64,000 nt of DNA from Leucoraja erinacea (GCF_028641065.1 NC_073379.1:112592001-112656000), one strand, 5' to 3'; positions 13,461 through 26,990 are shown, counted from the stretch's first letter. Numbers and translations: made by a program. The notes: generated from the letters alone by a model not told the origin.

Positions 13461-13504
13461 TTTGTTATAGAAGCTTCTCTTCCCTATTCTAGCTACTTAA
13501 GCTT

Positions 13505-14255
13505 AGAACACAGAACAGGACAGCATGGAAACAGGCCCCTCGGTCCGAAGTTTTGGATCGCACATGATGTTGAATTAAACTAATCCTTTCTACCTACATG
13601 TGATCCAAATCGCACCATTCTCTGCATATTCATCTGCCTATCTAAAAGCCTCTTAAATGCCCCAATCGTATCTGCTTCCAGAACCACTTCTGGCAGCATG
13701 TTCCAGGCATCTACTAATCTATGTGTCAAATATTTGCCCCACACACATCCTTTAAACTTTTTCCCCTTTTACCTTAAAGCGGTCTTCTAATATTTGACTT
13801 TTCCATCTTGGAAAAAAGGCTCTGAACATCTACCCTATCTATCTATGCCTCTCGTCATTCTGTAAACTTCTATCACTTCTCTCTGCCTCCCAATCTCCAG
13901 AAAAAAACTATCCAAGTTTGTCCAACCTGTCCTTATAGCTAATACCCTCTAATTTTGGCAGCAACCTAGTACACCTCTTCTGCGCCTCTCCAAATCCTTT
14001 ATATCCTTCCTGGAAAGGTATGACCAGAACTGCATGCAATAATCCAAATGCAGCTTCAACAAATGTTTTATGAAGCAACAACATGATTTCCTGATTCCTC
14101 CACACAATATCATGACCAATGAAAGCAAGCATACCATATGACTTCTTTAGCTGTCTATCTACTTGTGTTGGTGCTTTAAGGGAGCTAGGGACTTGGACTC
14201 CGCCATCCCTCTGTACATCATTCCTGTTAAGGATCCTGCCATTAACTATAAAACT
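13505..14255 (-). mobile_element. Degraded CR1 LINE 3' fragment
   Basis: YGMLAFIG, HLDYCMQFW, SYKDRLDKLG motifs on the minus strand; tail at about 13505. Confidence 0.85.
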
Positions 14256-15783
14256 TTCTTGTGGTTCAAATAAAGTTCTAATCATCCTGGAAGCTAATGT
14301 TTTGCACTGAACCTTGAACTCACGTAAAGCTCCTTCAACAACTGCCAAACAAGTCACAGGAATATTTTACCAACTTTATCGACCTATGGAAAGAGACAAA
14401 CACTCATTCAACTATCGCATTGCCAGTAGAAATAAAATAACAATTAACCTAAAAGGGACTAAATGTGTACAAAGGAACTGCAGATGCTGGTTTAAACCGA
14501 AGATAGACACAAAATGCTGGAACAACTCAGTGGGACAGGCAGCATCTCTGGAGAGAAGGAATGAGTGATGTTCCAGGTTGAGAGCCTTCTTCAGCATTTT
14601 GTGTCTATCTTCGATTATTGGATAGTGGACTATAGTTTGACAATATCTTTACCCTATTATTTTTATATAGCTGCTGCTCCGCCTCCAATAGACTAATTGA
14701 TGACATGTAGTACATACTCAGCAGTACAAAATCGCCTGCAACCTTTCCTCCAAACTACTGAATCTAAGGACAAGCCTACTGCTGCAGATTGTATTCCCAT
14801 GCAAACTTCTCTTGAAAGAGAGGAGCGTGTTCATGAGAATCGCCCAATATATATTAATGCACATTCAAATAGTTGGAAGGTGCATGTAAATATTAAAACG
14901 GAGGTTTTGAGTTCATTAGTCAGCAGATGGATTATTTCCATTTTAACTTTATTCTACTTTCCAGAGATGCTGCCTCCTGCTGATTGTTTCCAGCATTTTC
15001 TATTTTTATTGCACTCCAGCCTTTGGTTGTGGTGGCTTCATAATTCAGCTAGACTGTAGGACCTCCTTATTTGTCTGTCACTAGCACCAGAACATCCAGA
15101 TCAGCATCAGCACACACTCCTGCACCCCGTGGTGCCATTGTCATTGATCTCAATCTAAAACATCATCCATTCCTTCTCTGCAGAGATGCTGCCTGTCCCG
15201 CTGAGTTACTCTGGCATTTTGTGTCTGTATTCTGCCATTGGTTGGATTCAGTGGCCACCTTGCCTTTAAGAGGTGTAGGAATGCCTTTATTTAGGTACAG
15301 ATTTATTTCAGCTGAGATGTAGGATTCCTGACATTCTTAATGTTCTTATCCACCTATATGGAAAATGCACTTTACATATCCTAAGCCACACAAAATTCCC
15401 GCTTAATGGCTTCACAACAATGCAAGTGCATATTTTCGTACAAATTAAGTATTGTGTTTGGTCAAAATAAAACAAAATAACCAAGACAATAACCAAAATA
15501 TGTTCTCAGAAATAATTTACAGTCCATTTATTCAAGCCATTTTAGATTTTTTATAAACTTTCTATTCTCAAGGAAAGAAATAATATTTCAAATATAGTTT
15601 GTTATTGTATGTTCCTAAGATTATATGGTAAGTATAAGGAATATTAAACTTGTTAATACTTATTGTGAATTAGGAATTACAGTGAATAAATACTCTATGT
15701 TTTTATGTTTTGATTACAATTATGGAACATTAAAATAGTATCATTCTTATACTTACTTCTGCAGATCAACATATCACAAAACA

Positions 15784-16570
15784 GTTGAATAAATTTTACC
15801 CAAACGTCTCTCCCAGATGCGATAAATGTTTGTTTCAAAACGCTAATATAACACATTCATTTGTAGGATGTACAAAGTTGAATACATTTTGGAGCGATAT
15901 ATTTGATATATTTACAAAGCTTTTCAAGTCAAGAATAGAACCTAATACGGAATGGATTATATTTGGAATAATAGTAGAAGATATCAATTTAAATAAAGAC
16001 CAAAACGTTTTTTTTAATTATGGGTTAATAATTGGAAAGAAATTGATACTTAAATTTTGGAAAAATACAGCTATACCAATTGTTAAAATGTGGATTAGGA
16101 ATATGATGGACATAGCACGCCTTGAAGAAATGAGACTCCGACTAATAGATAAATATGACCAATTCTTAAGGAGTTGGTCTCCTTTCATCGACTTTTTGGA
16201 ATCATGTGATGCAGCGGTACCGTAAAGATTACTGATTTCAGTTCATGACGCGGATAGATCTACATCTCCGAATACAGATTTGAAAATTTCTCTTTTAAGG
16301 GGCCTTCTCTCCTATTTCTACTTTCCACTTTTTATTTTTTTTATATACACACTTCACGTTTTTCTATTCTCTACCATCTATTTTTCCTCTTTTTCCCCTT
16401 TCTATTGTTTTCTTTTTCTTGTCTTGCTTACTTCCTTTTCAAAACATAAAACTAGAGGTTGTACATAGAATGGATTATGGTATGACATAGTTGGCACCTA
16501 AAATTAGATTCCACTGTACTGTTTTGTACTGTATTAACTTCTAATAAAATAAACAATACAAAAACAAAAA
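15784..16570 (+). mobile_element. L1/Tx1-clade LINE 3' end (ORF2 C-terminal zinc-finger region), 5'-truncated, 16-bp TSD
   Basis: Open frame SPRCDKC...HSFVGCTKLNTFW...; AATAAA and A-rich tail; aacatatcacaaaaca at 15768-15783 and 16571-16586. Confidence 0.92.
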
Positions 16571-16676
16571 AACATATCACAAAACAAGGCTGGAAACATT
16601 AATACAACTTTGCATGAAATACAATGCAAATGTGACAGATGTTTATTATAATTAAGTGATTTAAATAATATTTTAC

Positions 16677-16736
16677 CTGGTTAGGTATTCTGAGAGGTGG
16701 CCTGGGGCCTCCTGGATAACGAGGTGACATGAAAGG
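16677..16736 (-). CDS. SSBP2: SSBP2 internal exon, 60 nt ([20 protein letters not shown])
   Basis: ttgcag|CCTTTCATG...AACCAG|gtaaaa; [14 protein letters not shown] is the SSBP2-type sequence (SSBP3 has YAGGPRPPIRMGNQ). Confidence 0.96.
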
Positions 16737-18086
16737 CTGCAAAGAAAAATAAATGGAGAAAAATACTTTTCAATTAAAATAATTCAACTTTATGCACCAT
16801 CCTTATTTTTTTTAATTACAATTTCACCATATGTCCCTTTTTCAGACGGTCTTCCCACCAGGAGTCTCATCAGTTTCACGTTTAACATGTCACTTTTTGC
16901 ATATATTCTTTTTGAGTGGTTGCGAGTCCATTCCATAACAGGAATTATCATCACAAACGAACATACGTCACACATTGAGTCAGCGAATCTAAAGATCGGC
17001 CATTACAATATCACAATCCTGTGATCACAATGGTATTAAGCAATCCTTTTAATTGTTAAATGAGTAAGTCCAACACAGTAATTCATAGCGTCTAAATTAT
17101 CATGTCCATCAGCATGAAATTTAACCAGTGTATAAATCCATACAAATTATACTTTAACAAACACACAAAAGTTATCTGCATGTTTAAATTGTACAACAAA
17201 AAAATAAGTCAAAACAAAATGCAAGACCCAGTCTGAAGGAGGGTCTCGACCCGAAAAGTCACCCATTCCTTCTCTCCAGAGATGCTGCCTGTCCCGCTAA
17301 GTTACTCCAGCATTTTGTGTCTCCCTGCAAGGTTATTGAGTTGGTCTGCATATGACCAACAGTAGCCAAAAACAAATTCAGTGCCATGTAAATATTCCAG
17401 ACTACCTGGTGAGTTATATTATTTTCTGGAAGGCATGGAATCATTTACTACAATCATTGCGGCAATTGTCCAGAACAATATCAACATTCCATTTTCTTGG
17501 CTCAGGTACACATTTCTGCCTTGTTAAAATACTTGTATATCCCATTTCCTGTAAAAATTAAATCTATTGTAATATCATTGCATTCAGGAGAATGAGAGTG
17601 CTAGTTCATACTTAAAATCAAATTCCGGATATAGAAATGAATGTTAAACAGAGGCATTAGAAGTAAACTTCCAATTTTAAATATTTAGAATGTGCCAGTT
17701 CTTGATATTTATTAACTTGTTTTATTAACCCGGATCACAGAGAACCACATTTTTAAAATATAAATTTCCAAAGTTAATTTCTTATTAGTAATGCAATAAG
17801 TGTCATCTACTATGAATGAAATAATCTCCACAGAACCAGTTGGTCATTAAACAAACCAACTTCCACAACTTACTTCACAATATGAATGTGACTAATTGAC
17901 AACTGGTCATCATGCAGAAAACACACGTATTTGTTGTTCACAATTTTAACGTTTTTGATATTTGAAAAATATTGCCACCTGAACAGATAAGCATTTTGCT
18001 GGCCTTGACCAAATACCCATGGAGATTGACCTCAGATTCCAAAAAAACAAATACCAGATAACCAAAACAGAACAGTGTATTTTAAT

Positions 18087-18245
18087 GTTTAAGAAGGAAC
18101 TGCAGATGCTGGAAAATCGAAGGTAGACAAAAATAGGCGACGTTCTGGGTCGAGACCAAGAAGGGTCTCGACCCGGAACGTCGCCTATTCCTTCGCTCCA
18201 TAGATGCTGCCTCACCCGCTGATTTTCTCCAGCATTTTTGTCTAC
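18087..18245. mobile_element. Short Penelope-derived foldback element
   Basis: 26-bp stem at 18132-18189; flanks cagtgtattttaat (18073-18086) and cagtgtgttttaat (18246-18259). Confidence 0.8.
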
Positions 18246-18570
18246 CAGTGTGTTTTAATATTACTTTTAGAATTGTCTGCAATTGAACTCATTTGGACAC
18301 AAAACATAAAAGAAAAAAATACAAATTTCCCATTGAACATTTATTCAACTTTCAAACTGCAGTTGGAAAGTTATATCAGAGGACAATATTCTAGAAGTGC
18401 ATCAAACTGTACTGATATTCATAAACAAAATAGACAACCTATATTTTAAAACTACATTAAAAAAATAATCTTTCTAAAGCTTAAATGGGTACATTTCAAC
18501 ATTTCATACCCTCAAACTATCTATTTGCATTTGGCCTGAGGATCTGAGACTGTCCATGGTTAGTTGCAGC

Positions 18571-19452
18571 TCAAGAGTCAAGAGAGTCAAGAGTCAAGAG
18601 TCAATTTAATTGTCATTTGGACCCCTGGAGGTCCAAACGAAATGCCGTTTCTGCAGCCATACATTACACACAAATAGACCCCAGACACAACATAATTACA
18701 TTTAACATAAACATCCATCACATAGCTGTGATGGAAGGCCAAATAAACTTATCTCTCCACTGCACTCTCCCCCCCCCCCGATGTCAGAGTCAAAGTCATA
18801 GCCCCCGGCTGGCGATGGCGATTGTCCCGCGGCCATTAAAGCCACGCCGGGTGATGCGAGGTCGCACACCGGGTCTTGGTGTTGGAGCCCCCGGCGTGCG
18901 CTCGCAGAGTCCGCGGCCATTCCAGCTGCGCGGGGCAGTGATGTCAGGCCCCGCTCCAGGAGTTCTTCGACCCCGCAACTCGGGCGGGAGAATTCGCTGT
19001 TGCAGGAGCCCCGAAAAGCGGTCTCTCTCCAGGGATCCGCGGGCTCCCGGTGCCGTCGTCCGCAGACCCGCAGTTGCAGCCTCCGACTCTCCGGTCGGGC
19101 CGCAGCAGCAGCAGCAGCGGCAGCAGCGCTCCTCCACCGCTCCACCCGCTCCGGACTCGGCCAGCTCCGCGACGGCAACGGTGAGTCGGCACCTGAGTCC
19201 CCGGTCTCTTCCTGTTGGAGGCCGCTCCTCGTTGCGGCCTCAACGACACCTGAGACCCGACGAGAAAAGGTCGGGTCTCCAGTGCAGGGAGAGATTCAAA
19301 AAAGTTTCCCCCCCCTCCCACCCCCCCCCCCCCCCCCCCCCACACACACACCCCAACATAAAATAACAAAAAACTACATAAAAACACAGACAAAAAATAA
19401 TAAGAACGCCGACAGGCTGCAGAGGCCGCTGCTGGCCAGAGCCGCGCCGTCT
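18571..19452 (-). mobile_element. GC-rich non-autonomous retroelement with (TCTTGAC)n tail
   Basis: Tandem tcaagag tail, a ttaattgtcat motif and gtgatggaaggc shared with 63209-63964 and 51500-51660; CpG-rich body with no RT ORF. Confidence 0.65.
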
Positions 19453-19537
19453 ACTATCAACTAGTCTATTGAATTAAGTTTAAACCGATAGTTAGCGAAT
19501 GCTTCCCACAATATTATTAATGTTCTGGGTATAGTTA

Positions 19538-20385
19538 GTCATAGATAGATTAATACAGGCCCTTCGGCCCAACTCGCCCACACCGGCCAACATTGTCCCG
19601 GCTACCCAAGTCCCAACTTGCCTGCGCCTGGTCCATAACCCTCCAAACCTGTCCTATCCATGTGCCTGTCCAACTGTTTCTTAAACAATGGGATAGTCCC
19701 AACCTCAACTACCTCCTCTGGCAGCTTCCTCCATACAATCACCACCCTCTGTGTGAAGAAATTACCTCTCGGATTCCTAATAAATCTTTTCCCCTTCACC
19801 TTGAACCTATGTCCTCTGGTCCTCGATTTCCCTACCCTGGGTAAAAGACTGGGTGCATCTACCCGATCTATTCCTCTCATGATTTTGTATACCTCCCCTC
19901 ATCGTCCTGTGCTCCATAGAATAGAGACCCAGCCTATTCAACCTCTCCCTTTAGCTCACACCCTCTAGTCCTGGCAACATCCTCGTAAATCTTTTCTGAA
20001 CCCTTTCAAGCTTGACAATATCTTTCCGATAACATGGTGCCCAGAACTGAACACAATATTCTAAATGCGGTCTCACCAACGTCTTATACAACTGCAACAT
20101 GACCTCCCAACCTCTATACTCAATACTCTGACTGATGAAGGCCAAAGTGCCAATAGCCTTTTTGACCACCTTATCTACCTGCGACTCGGACTTCATGGAA
20201 CCATGCACCTGTACTCCGAGATCCCTTTGCTCTACAACACTACCCAGAGGCCTGCCATTTACTGTGTAGGTCCTGCCCTTGTTCAACGTCCCAAAATGCA
20301 ACACCTCACACTTCTCTGTATTAAATTCCATTAACGTGGCCACCTGGCCAATCGATCCAGATCCTGCTGCAATCGTTCACAACCA
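19538..20385 (-). mobile_element. CR1 LINE 3' fragment
   Basis: [44 protein letters not shown]. Confidence 0.92.
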
Positions 20386-21090
20386 TCAGGAGGAAAGTAA
20401 TGAAGGCAGCAAAATGTTACAGTTGCCAGTGTTTTTTAGCAAAAAGCCGGTTTACTATTAACATTTTGGGGCTCTTCGCCTGCAATTTAAACTTAAAGAT
20501 GGCAGAAGTTTCATCTTCATGACCTACAGAAAGGCAAGATGGGAGATGTAATGGAGCTTCTCATCAATTGTGATATCAATACCCTTGTGCCTACAATCAC
20601 ATCCGGAGTCATTTGCTGTGGCATACCATGATGTTGCATGTGTTTACCTTTTTTGTTCTAACTATAAAGTATAATTCACTGATATTACAATTTTTGACAG
20701 GTTATTTTGATATTCAGACCATTACTTGATGTTTGAGGTTAATTTTGAGAATAGTTATACTTTAAACAACAGCTCCACATGATTAAATTTGCTAACAGGC
20801 GGTAATCTGGGTACAAGTAAAAGACTGAACTAATCTGGAAAACATACAATGTTATGCACAAAATGCAAAGATTCGGGCCAGTGGAAAAGTATTTTTCACA
20901 AAGCAATGATAACCATGCAAAATAATACTAACATCAATTTTGCAAGCAAACCAAAATGCAAAAGAACCAAATCACAACTAAACTGGAACTGATGGATAAA
21001 ATGTCATTAGAGCAAGTATTAATATATTTCGTAGGAGCTGGTGCTTACACAGCCTTGGTTTGTTGTGAATAACTACTTGTGCCTTCCTAC

Positions 21091-21174
21091 CTGGCTGTGA
21101 GGTCCCATCATGGGATTGCTGGGATTATGTGGTGGAGGCTGTGCATGTGGAGAGGGCTGTGAACCTGGTGGTCC
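21091..21174 (-). CDS. SSBP2: SSBP2 internal exon, 84 nt, possible cassette (GPPGSQPSPHAQPPPHNPSNPMMGPHSQ)
   Basis: Minus strand ctctag|GGACCACCA...CACAGCCAG|gtagga; phase 0/0 and open; nearly identical to the recalled SSBP3 exon found between FFQ and PFMSPRY. Confidence 0.9.
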
Positions 21175-22614
21175 CTAGAGACAATTGCAAACATAAATTA
21201 GCCAGCAGCACAACTATTAACAAAGTTACTGCCTACTTATGCCAAGGTTCTCAACCTGACCGTTAGTCATACCCTGTTAATATGTTTTAATTCGGGACAG
21301 TTAAGTGACATTAAAATAAACAATCTATTATTCTGAAATTAAGTGTACCCACTGTTCTAAAACTGGCAGAAATATTTCATTGAGCTCAGCTCATACATCA
21401 TAATCCTAAAAACTTCAGATTAAACATGCAAGTGTTGTGGAAATAATATGTTTGCCTATCAATTGGATATGATGAATATCAATCTTTTTAACATTATTTT
21501 TTAATTATATTTTTAACATTATTATAACAAAGCAGAATTTGTTTCCAGATGTTTGTTATTTTAGAAAACATAATAGCCCATTAATAACATTAAAATAAGC
21601 TTCAATGTGAAAAAATATTATTTGGGAAAGAAAATAATGGTCAAAATGGTATTAAGAATAGTTTACAAGTGACATTATAAAATGTTCATGCGTCAGCCAC
21701 AACATTCATGCCTAAATGGTCCGAATGATGTAGTTCTCAATTTATTTCATGTTTTTTGCCAATTTCCACCAAAAATACCTTTTCCAATTGTTACTTGAAG
21801 AATTCAATGTTATTGGAAGAACTAATCCGCTTTGAAGCACGCCACCCATTAATATTCTGCATCAGTTTGATGGAAGTGACAAATCTTTTAAAGCCCCCTA
21901 AATTACTTGACAATACATCTCTCAGTTTAGAAAACTGCTGTTGAACAAATAATCACCTGATTTTGAAAATATGCTGCTCTAAAAATATTTTCAATTTAAT
22001 TAAATTATCCCATAATATTTATCCTGTGTTTTATTAAAACTGCTGAACTAAGTAACTTATCTTTGTGATGTGAGAATTGGAACCTACTACATTAGAAATC
22101 ATAACTATGTCAGATTATTCAACAAAAAATCATTTTGATCGAATATGATCCCCATATTCTATGTGGGAAATTCAGTGTGATACAGAAACGCTATCATCCC
22201 TTTCCCTCAGGCCAGGCATGGTGGATAGTTGTTTAAGGAGGAACTGCAGATGCTGGTTTAAAGCGAAGATAGACACAAAAGCTGGAGTAACTCAACGGGA
22301 CAGGCAGTATCTCTGGAGAGAAGGAATGGGTGACATTTCAGGTCGAGACCCTTCTTCAGACAAATAATGGGAATGAAAATATTTCTTAATGGGAGAATTA
22401 TGTGAGTGGTAAAATTCTGTAAACACAGTTCCCCTTATTTAAATCATCTGTACTAAATGCTATATTGCCTGGGATCACAAAGTTTTATACATTTGAAATG
22501 TAATCAACTGCATCCGTAATGAATATATTTGGCCAGCTAAACAGTCATCAAATGTGAACATTTGTTCCTTACTGCAGTCACAAGCAACTGCATATGCCAA
22601 ACTCTTGAGCAAAA

Positions 22615-22720
22615 CAGTGCTGGAGTAACTCAGTGGGTCAGGGAGGGTCCCGACCCGAAACGTCACTATCCATTCTCGCCAGAGATGCTGCCTGACCTAC
22701 TGAGTAACTCCAGCACTGTG
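22615..22720. mobile_element. Short Penelope-derived foldback element
   Basis: cagtgctggagtaactcagtgggtcagg ... cctgacctactgagtaactccagcactg arms around gggtcccgacccgaaacgtc. Confidence 0.75.
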
Positions 22721-25448
22721 ATTTACACAGCATTCCTTAGTGCCTGATTGCTAGCAATCATACAATTTATGTTGCCTTGAACAACTACCAATCCTGTACA
22801 ATTCCTTTCACAAAATGCCCATTTTCTCTGTATTCTGCAGGCAGTTACCAATTTTTTACTCACACTTGAACCTGAAAATCAAAGGGTGGCCACTTGCTTG
22901 TGTATGATGCTGTCAATCATTTCCCACCTGAACGCCCATGCTTATTAATATGTTTGTGGTAAGAAGGACTGGATCTTGCAAGCAGCTCTCTTTCAGTCAT
23001 TACTGTGGCATACATTTTCAGGATACCACAATACCCTCGAATAAAATTAAAAACAGATAGCTCTTTTGCTGTGTCGTAAAATCACATGGGATTGTAATAG
23101 GGATCGGTCAAAACGCTGATTAAATAGTCATTAAATTAGATAAGTCATGCTAGGTTTCAGTTTAATACTCAAATAATATATGAATATTCCAATACGCTGC
23201 ATCAAAAAAAAACATCAGTTTATTGCCTATTGTAAACTACAATGAAAATACCACACCCCTCCTGTATCACCAGGGAGAAAATAAACCATTGTCAAAGGTT
23301 ATTCTCTCCCAATTCATTACCACGGCCACTTTCATCCACTGGGTTATTGCTAGCTTCAGAGCAAAACTGAGAGTGATAGAAGGTTCTCTTGTCTATCAAA
23401 AAATGAGCCTTGTTTAAGAAACCTTACAAAAGTGAGCTAGTTAAAATACTCACCTCCTTATATAAGCAAATATTAAAAAAATAAACACCAAACAAAACAG
23501 AAATATTGCACAAATACCTGCCATGTACTAGATGTGAATCAAATATATGAAACAAAGCATCCAGCCTTCTCTCCAACACTCTAAGCCCACCACCATAATC
23601 AGGGAGTTACTAAATGCTGTTAACGTTGTATCATTTAATCTTGACCATAATGTACTCAGCTTTTGGTTACCTGAACTACAAGAAAGGCTATATATTATTC
23701 TGAAATATTTTCTGATTGGAAGAAATGTATGCATTTAACTAAACAGCACGTTCACAACCTCTTCTGCATGTAAACTAAATGTAAGATCACTTTCCACTAG
23801 GAGGCAACAATGCTCCACTAACTTAGTTTGCATTCAGTAAGAAAAACATTCTTAATATTATTGATAAGGAGTGAATATTAACCTATTTTATAAGAGGATT
23901 CTTTTTTTTTTACAATTATGAATCAATGAGGTCAGTTCCTTGGCAGTAGCCTAGCTATTTTAATAATGTCCAAATTCTCAGGTATAAACTATCTATGAAG
24001 CGGTAAAACCTAATATTGCCCTTTATAATATGTTCATTTGCTGTTTGAGAATTTCAAAATGATAAAAGGTTCTGATGAAGGGGATGTTGCGAAATAAAAT
24101 CATAGCTATAGGTCCAATTGGTGCATAATTTATCATATCATGCAAATCCACAAAATGGAAGCAATTGAATAAGTATAAATGTATCTAACACAACTTCATA
24201 TCACAGCAAAATCCACTGGCTATTCCCCATGGAGATGTCTGAATCTATGGAACAAGACCTTCTGCATCATGCTCCGTGTACTGAGAACCCCCCTGCTGAT
24301 TTTCTTTGGAATTCAAGAGTATGTGCATGCTTAGGTAGGTAAGTCACAATCCTCTTGTGCATAAGCTGACTCAGGCAGCTCTTAGCACAAACCCTGGGGG
24401 GGAACCTTATTCAGTGCAGGTCATCCTGAACTGCAACCTATATAAAGGTTTAAAAATAAACACATTTTCTATCAAATTTTGAATATTCAGTTTTTAAATA
24501 ATTCATTAAGCTTGAATGGGATTGGTGGTGCACTGTATTTTCCTACTTTCTTTTTTCATTGGTAATAATTACAATGTATCAAACTTCATTGAACATAGAA
24601 CAGTATAGCACGGGAACAGGCCCTTTGGCCCACAAAGTCTGTGCCGAATATGATGTCAATATCTCATCTGCCTGCATATGATCCATATGCTTCTATTCCC
24701 TGCCCAGCATAGTGCTTCAAATTGGCACTTGGTTTAAATTAAAACCCAATTCATTTGAACCATAATGATTGGCATGGATGCAGGTGCTTTTTACTGAATT
24801 TAAAAAAAAGTGATGGATTGTTTTCAGAGCTGCTCAGTAAATTCCCACCTAACAACAAAAAGTAAAAATCAATGAAACCCAGAGTATTAGAAAATGGAGA
24901 AAAAGAGCACGTTAGCATTGGCAAATGACATCTCTATAATATTGATCAAAATGACATCAAGCAGATTTAACATTTATCAATTCAGACACTGAAGGCTCTT
25001 GTCTAGTTTACGTACTTTAGAGTACTGCTTATAACAAGGCTGAACTTTCATTGTTATAAATAGATGCATTGAATGTTTGGATTTTAATGGAAAACATCAA
25101 GTACATCAAGGTGATTCAAAATTAATCCCATCCTTCTACCTGAAATTATTTTACGCCACGGTGGGACATTTTGTGAAGAATTTCTCATAAATTTCCTAAC
25201 AGTGTTCCTTAATTTTCTTTAATAAACAACATTTAACAGAATGCACAAATCAAACTCAAATGAAATGTGAACAAGGTGAGAAAAAGCCAAAATGGTGCTC
25301 AACTGGATCTGGTACTCAGCGTTGGAGACTGGTAGGAGTGGCAACATGAAGGGAAACTGAAATCCATCATTTGTCATCAAGGAACAAAGATAAGCACATG
25401 GGGTAAGAATATATGATAGAAATGCAGCTGCATTGAGGAGGCTGCATT

Positions 25449-25483
<35 letters not shown>

Positions 25484-26059
25484 GACATTTCTGTAATCAT
25501 TAAGGTGAGTCTTGCATTGTATACTGCTAAGCTAACAATCACCATGGAGAGGATTCAGAATAGCATACACAACAAAGCTAAGTTCTTAAAATCAAACTCC
25601 CAGGACCCAGGGGGGAGGTTCAAAAAGTAGGCTGCCATTTATGGACACCAATTAAACTTGGCCTGATACCATTCCATTCTATTTTGTATGCCGACACCAA
25701 TTTATTTTCCGGATTGCTCCTTGTTTTTCCCCAATGATAATTTAGACTTTATGATACAATCATTGCAGTTCTTGAAGTGCTCCCTCATAGACAAGTAGCT
25801 TAGTTGGCCCATTCACTCCCTGTTCCCAAAGTCTACAGTGCCTACTACCTGCTTAGGTTGAAAACATACTGATCATTCCTGACCATATTTCAGAAATCTG
25901 TCGAGTACTTTGACTTGTAAAGTTATAGTAGTGATTGAAATTCCTCACTCTACACCTTTTACACTTACACCTCTGTAATTTCACTGCACACTTACTCCAA
26001 TATTTTGGCCCATAAATTTCCTTCAGTAGCATGACAGTTCTCTTCACTATTAAATATTA

Positions 26060-26990
26060 GTGGCTTGTGGATTTACGGGCTGGGTAAAATTTCAAGATTG
26101 CAAACGATGCCAGCTTTGGTAGGCATGGTAAATAGTGAGAAGGGCAGCAATGAACTATGAGTAGGCAAGGCATAGTTAAAGGTACTCAAGTGCACAAAGT
26201 ATTATTACTGCATGTATACGGTTTACCCTGTGAGCATCATGTGAACAAGGAATTAATTGCACACTGGTGTATACGAAAATAAACTAATCTGAATATGAAC
26301 CTTAATGTAAGGAAGAGTGAGACAATATATTTAGCAGCAAGAACAATATAGATTACGTGTATTGGGTATGCAAGAACAGGGAGATCAGAGTGCATGAATG
26401 CATTAATCTCTGGAAATAACAGGACATAGAGAAGGACTGGTCAGTAGGGCATAACGATCCTGGCCTTTGTGTACAATAGGGAGGTTGTGATTAATGTGAT
26501 AAAACACTAGTTAGATCACAACTGGATTCAAAATCTTACGGAGGAGGTAGAAAAAAAAGTTCCCAGGACAAGGGACCTCAAACTGGAAGGTTACACAGGA
26601 AAAGTAGGGCATATTCAAATGGGAAGAAAGATAGTTGAGAGATGGTTTAACAAGGAAGTGTAGATTATGAATGTAGGATTAGATAAAGTACATTAAGAAC
26701 TGTACAGGAGCGGGTGAATCAAGAACCACAGAACTAATGTTTGAAAGGTATAGTCCAAAGATCCATAGTGATGGGAGGAAAAGCTGTTTTGTTCAGCAGA
26801 TTGGATATGAACTGCAAATTACTATGCATCCGAGCAGTGGATACAGTCAATTACAATTTCAGATATGAATTAAATAGGGAATTGAAAAAAGTCATTTACA
26901 GGCTAACGGAAAATAGTAAAGGGATGTGACTGGTAGCATTAGTCAACAAATAGCTAGGACATTCAATAGTTTCCTTCTGTACTATAACAA
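26060..26990 (+). mobile_element. Highly degraded CR1 LINE
   Basis: tttcaagattgcaaacgatgccagctttgg (KFADDTKLG-like) and remnants of LVR, RGD and 3' UTR. Confidence 0.55.

Noticed and set aside
18617-19464. Overlapping 110-250 aa ORFs in GC-rich sequence (also 41606-42231 and 63273-63997)
   Set aside because: Open frames on both strands are expected at this GC content inside repeats; no recognisable domain.
22855-22870. Minus-strand GTGAGT donor as a cryptic SSBP2 exon end (also GTAAGT near 15751)
   Set aside because: No matching acceptor or SSBP-like peptide; such hexamers are common by chance.
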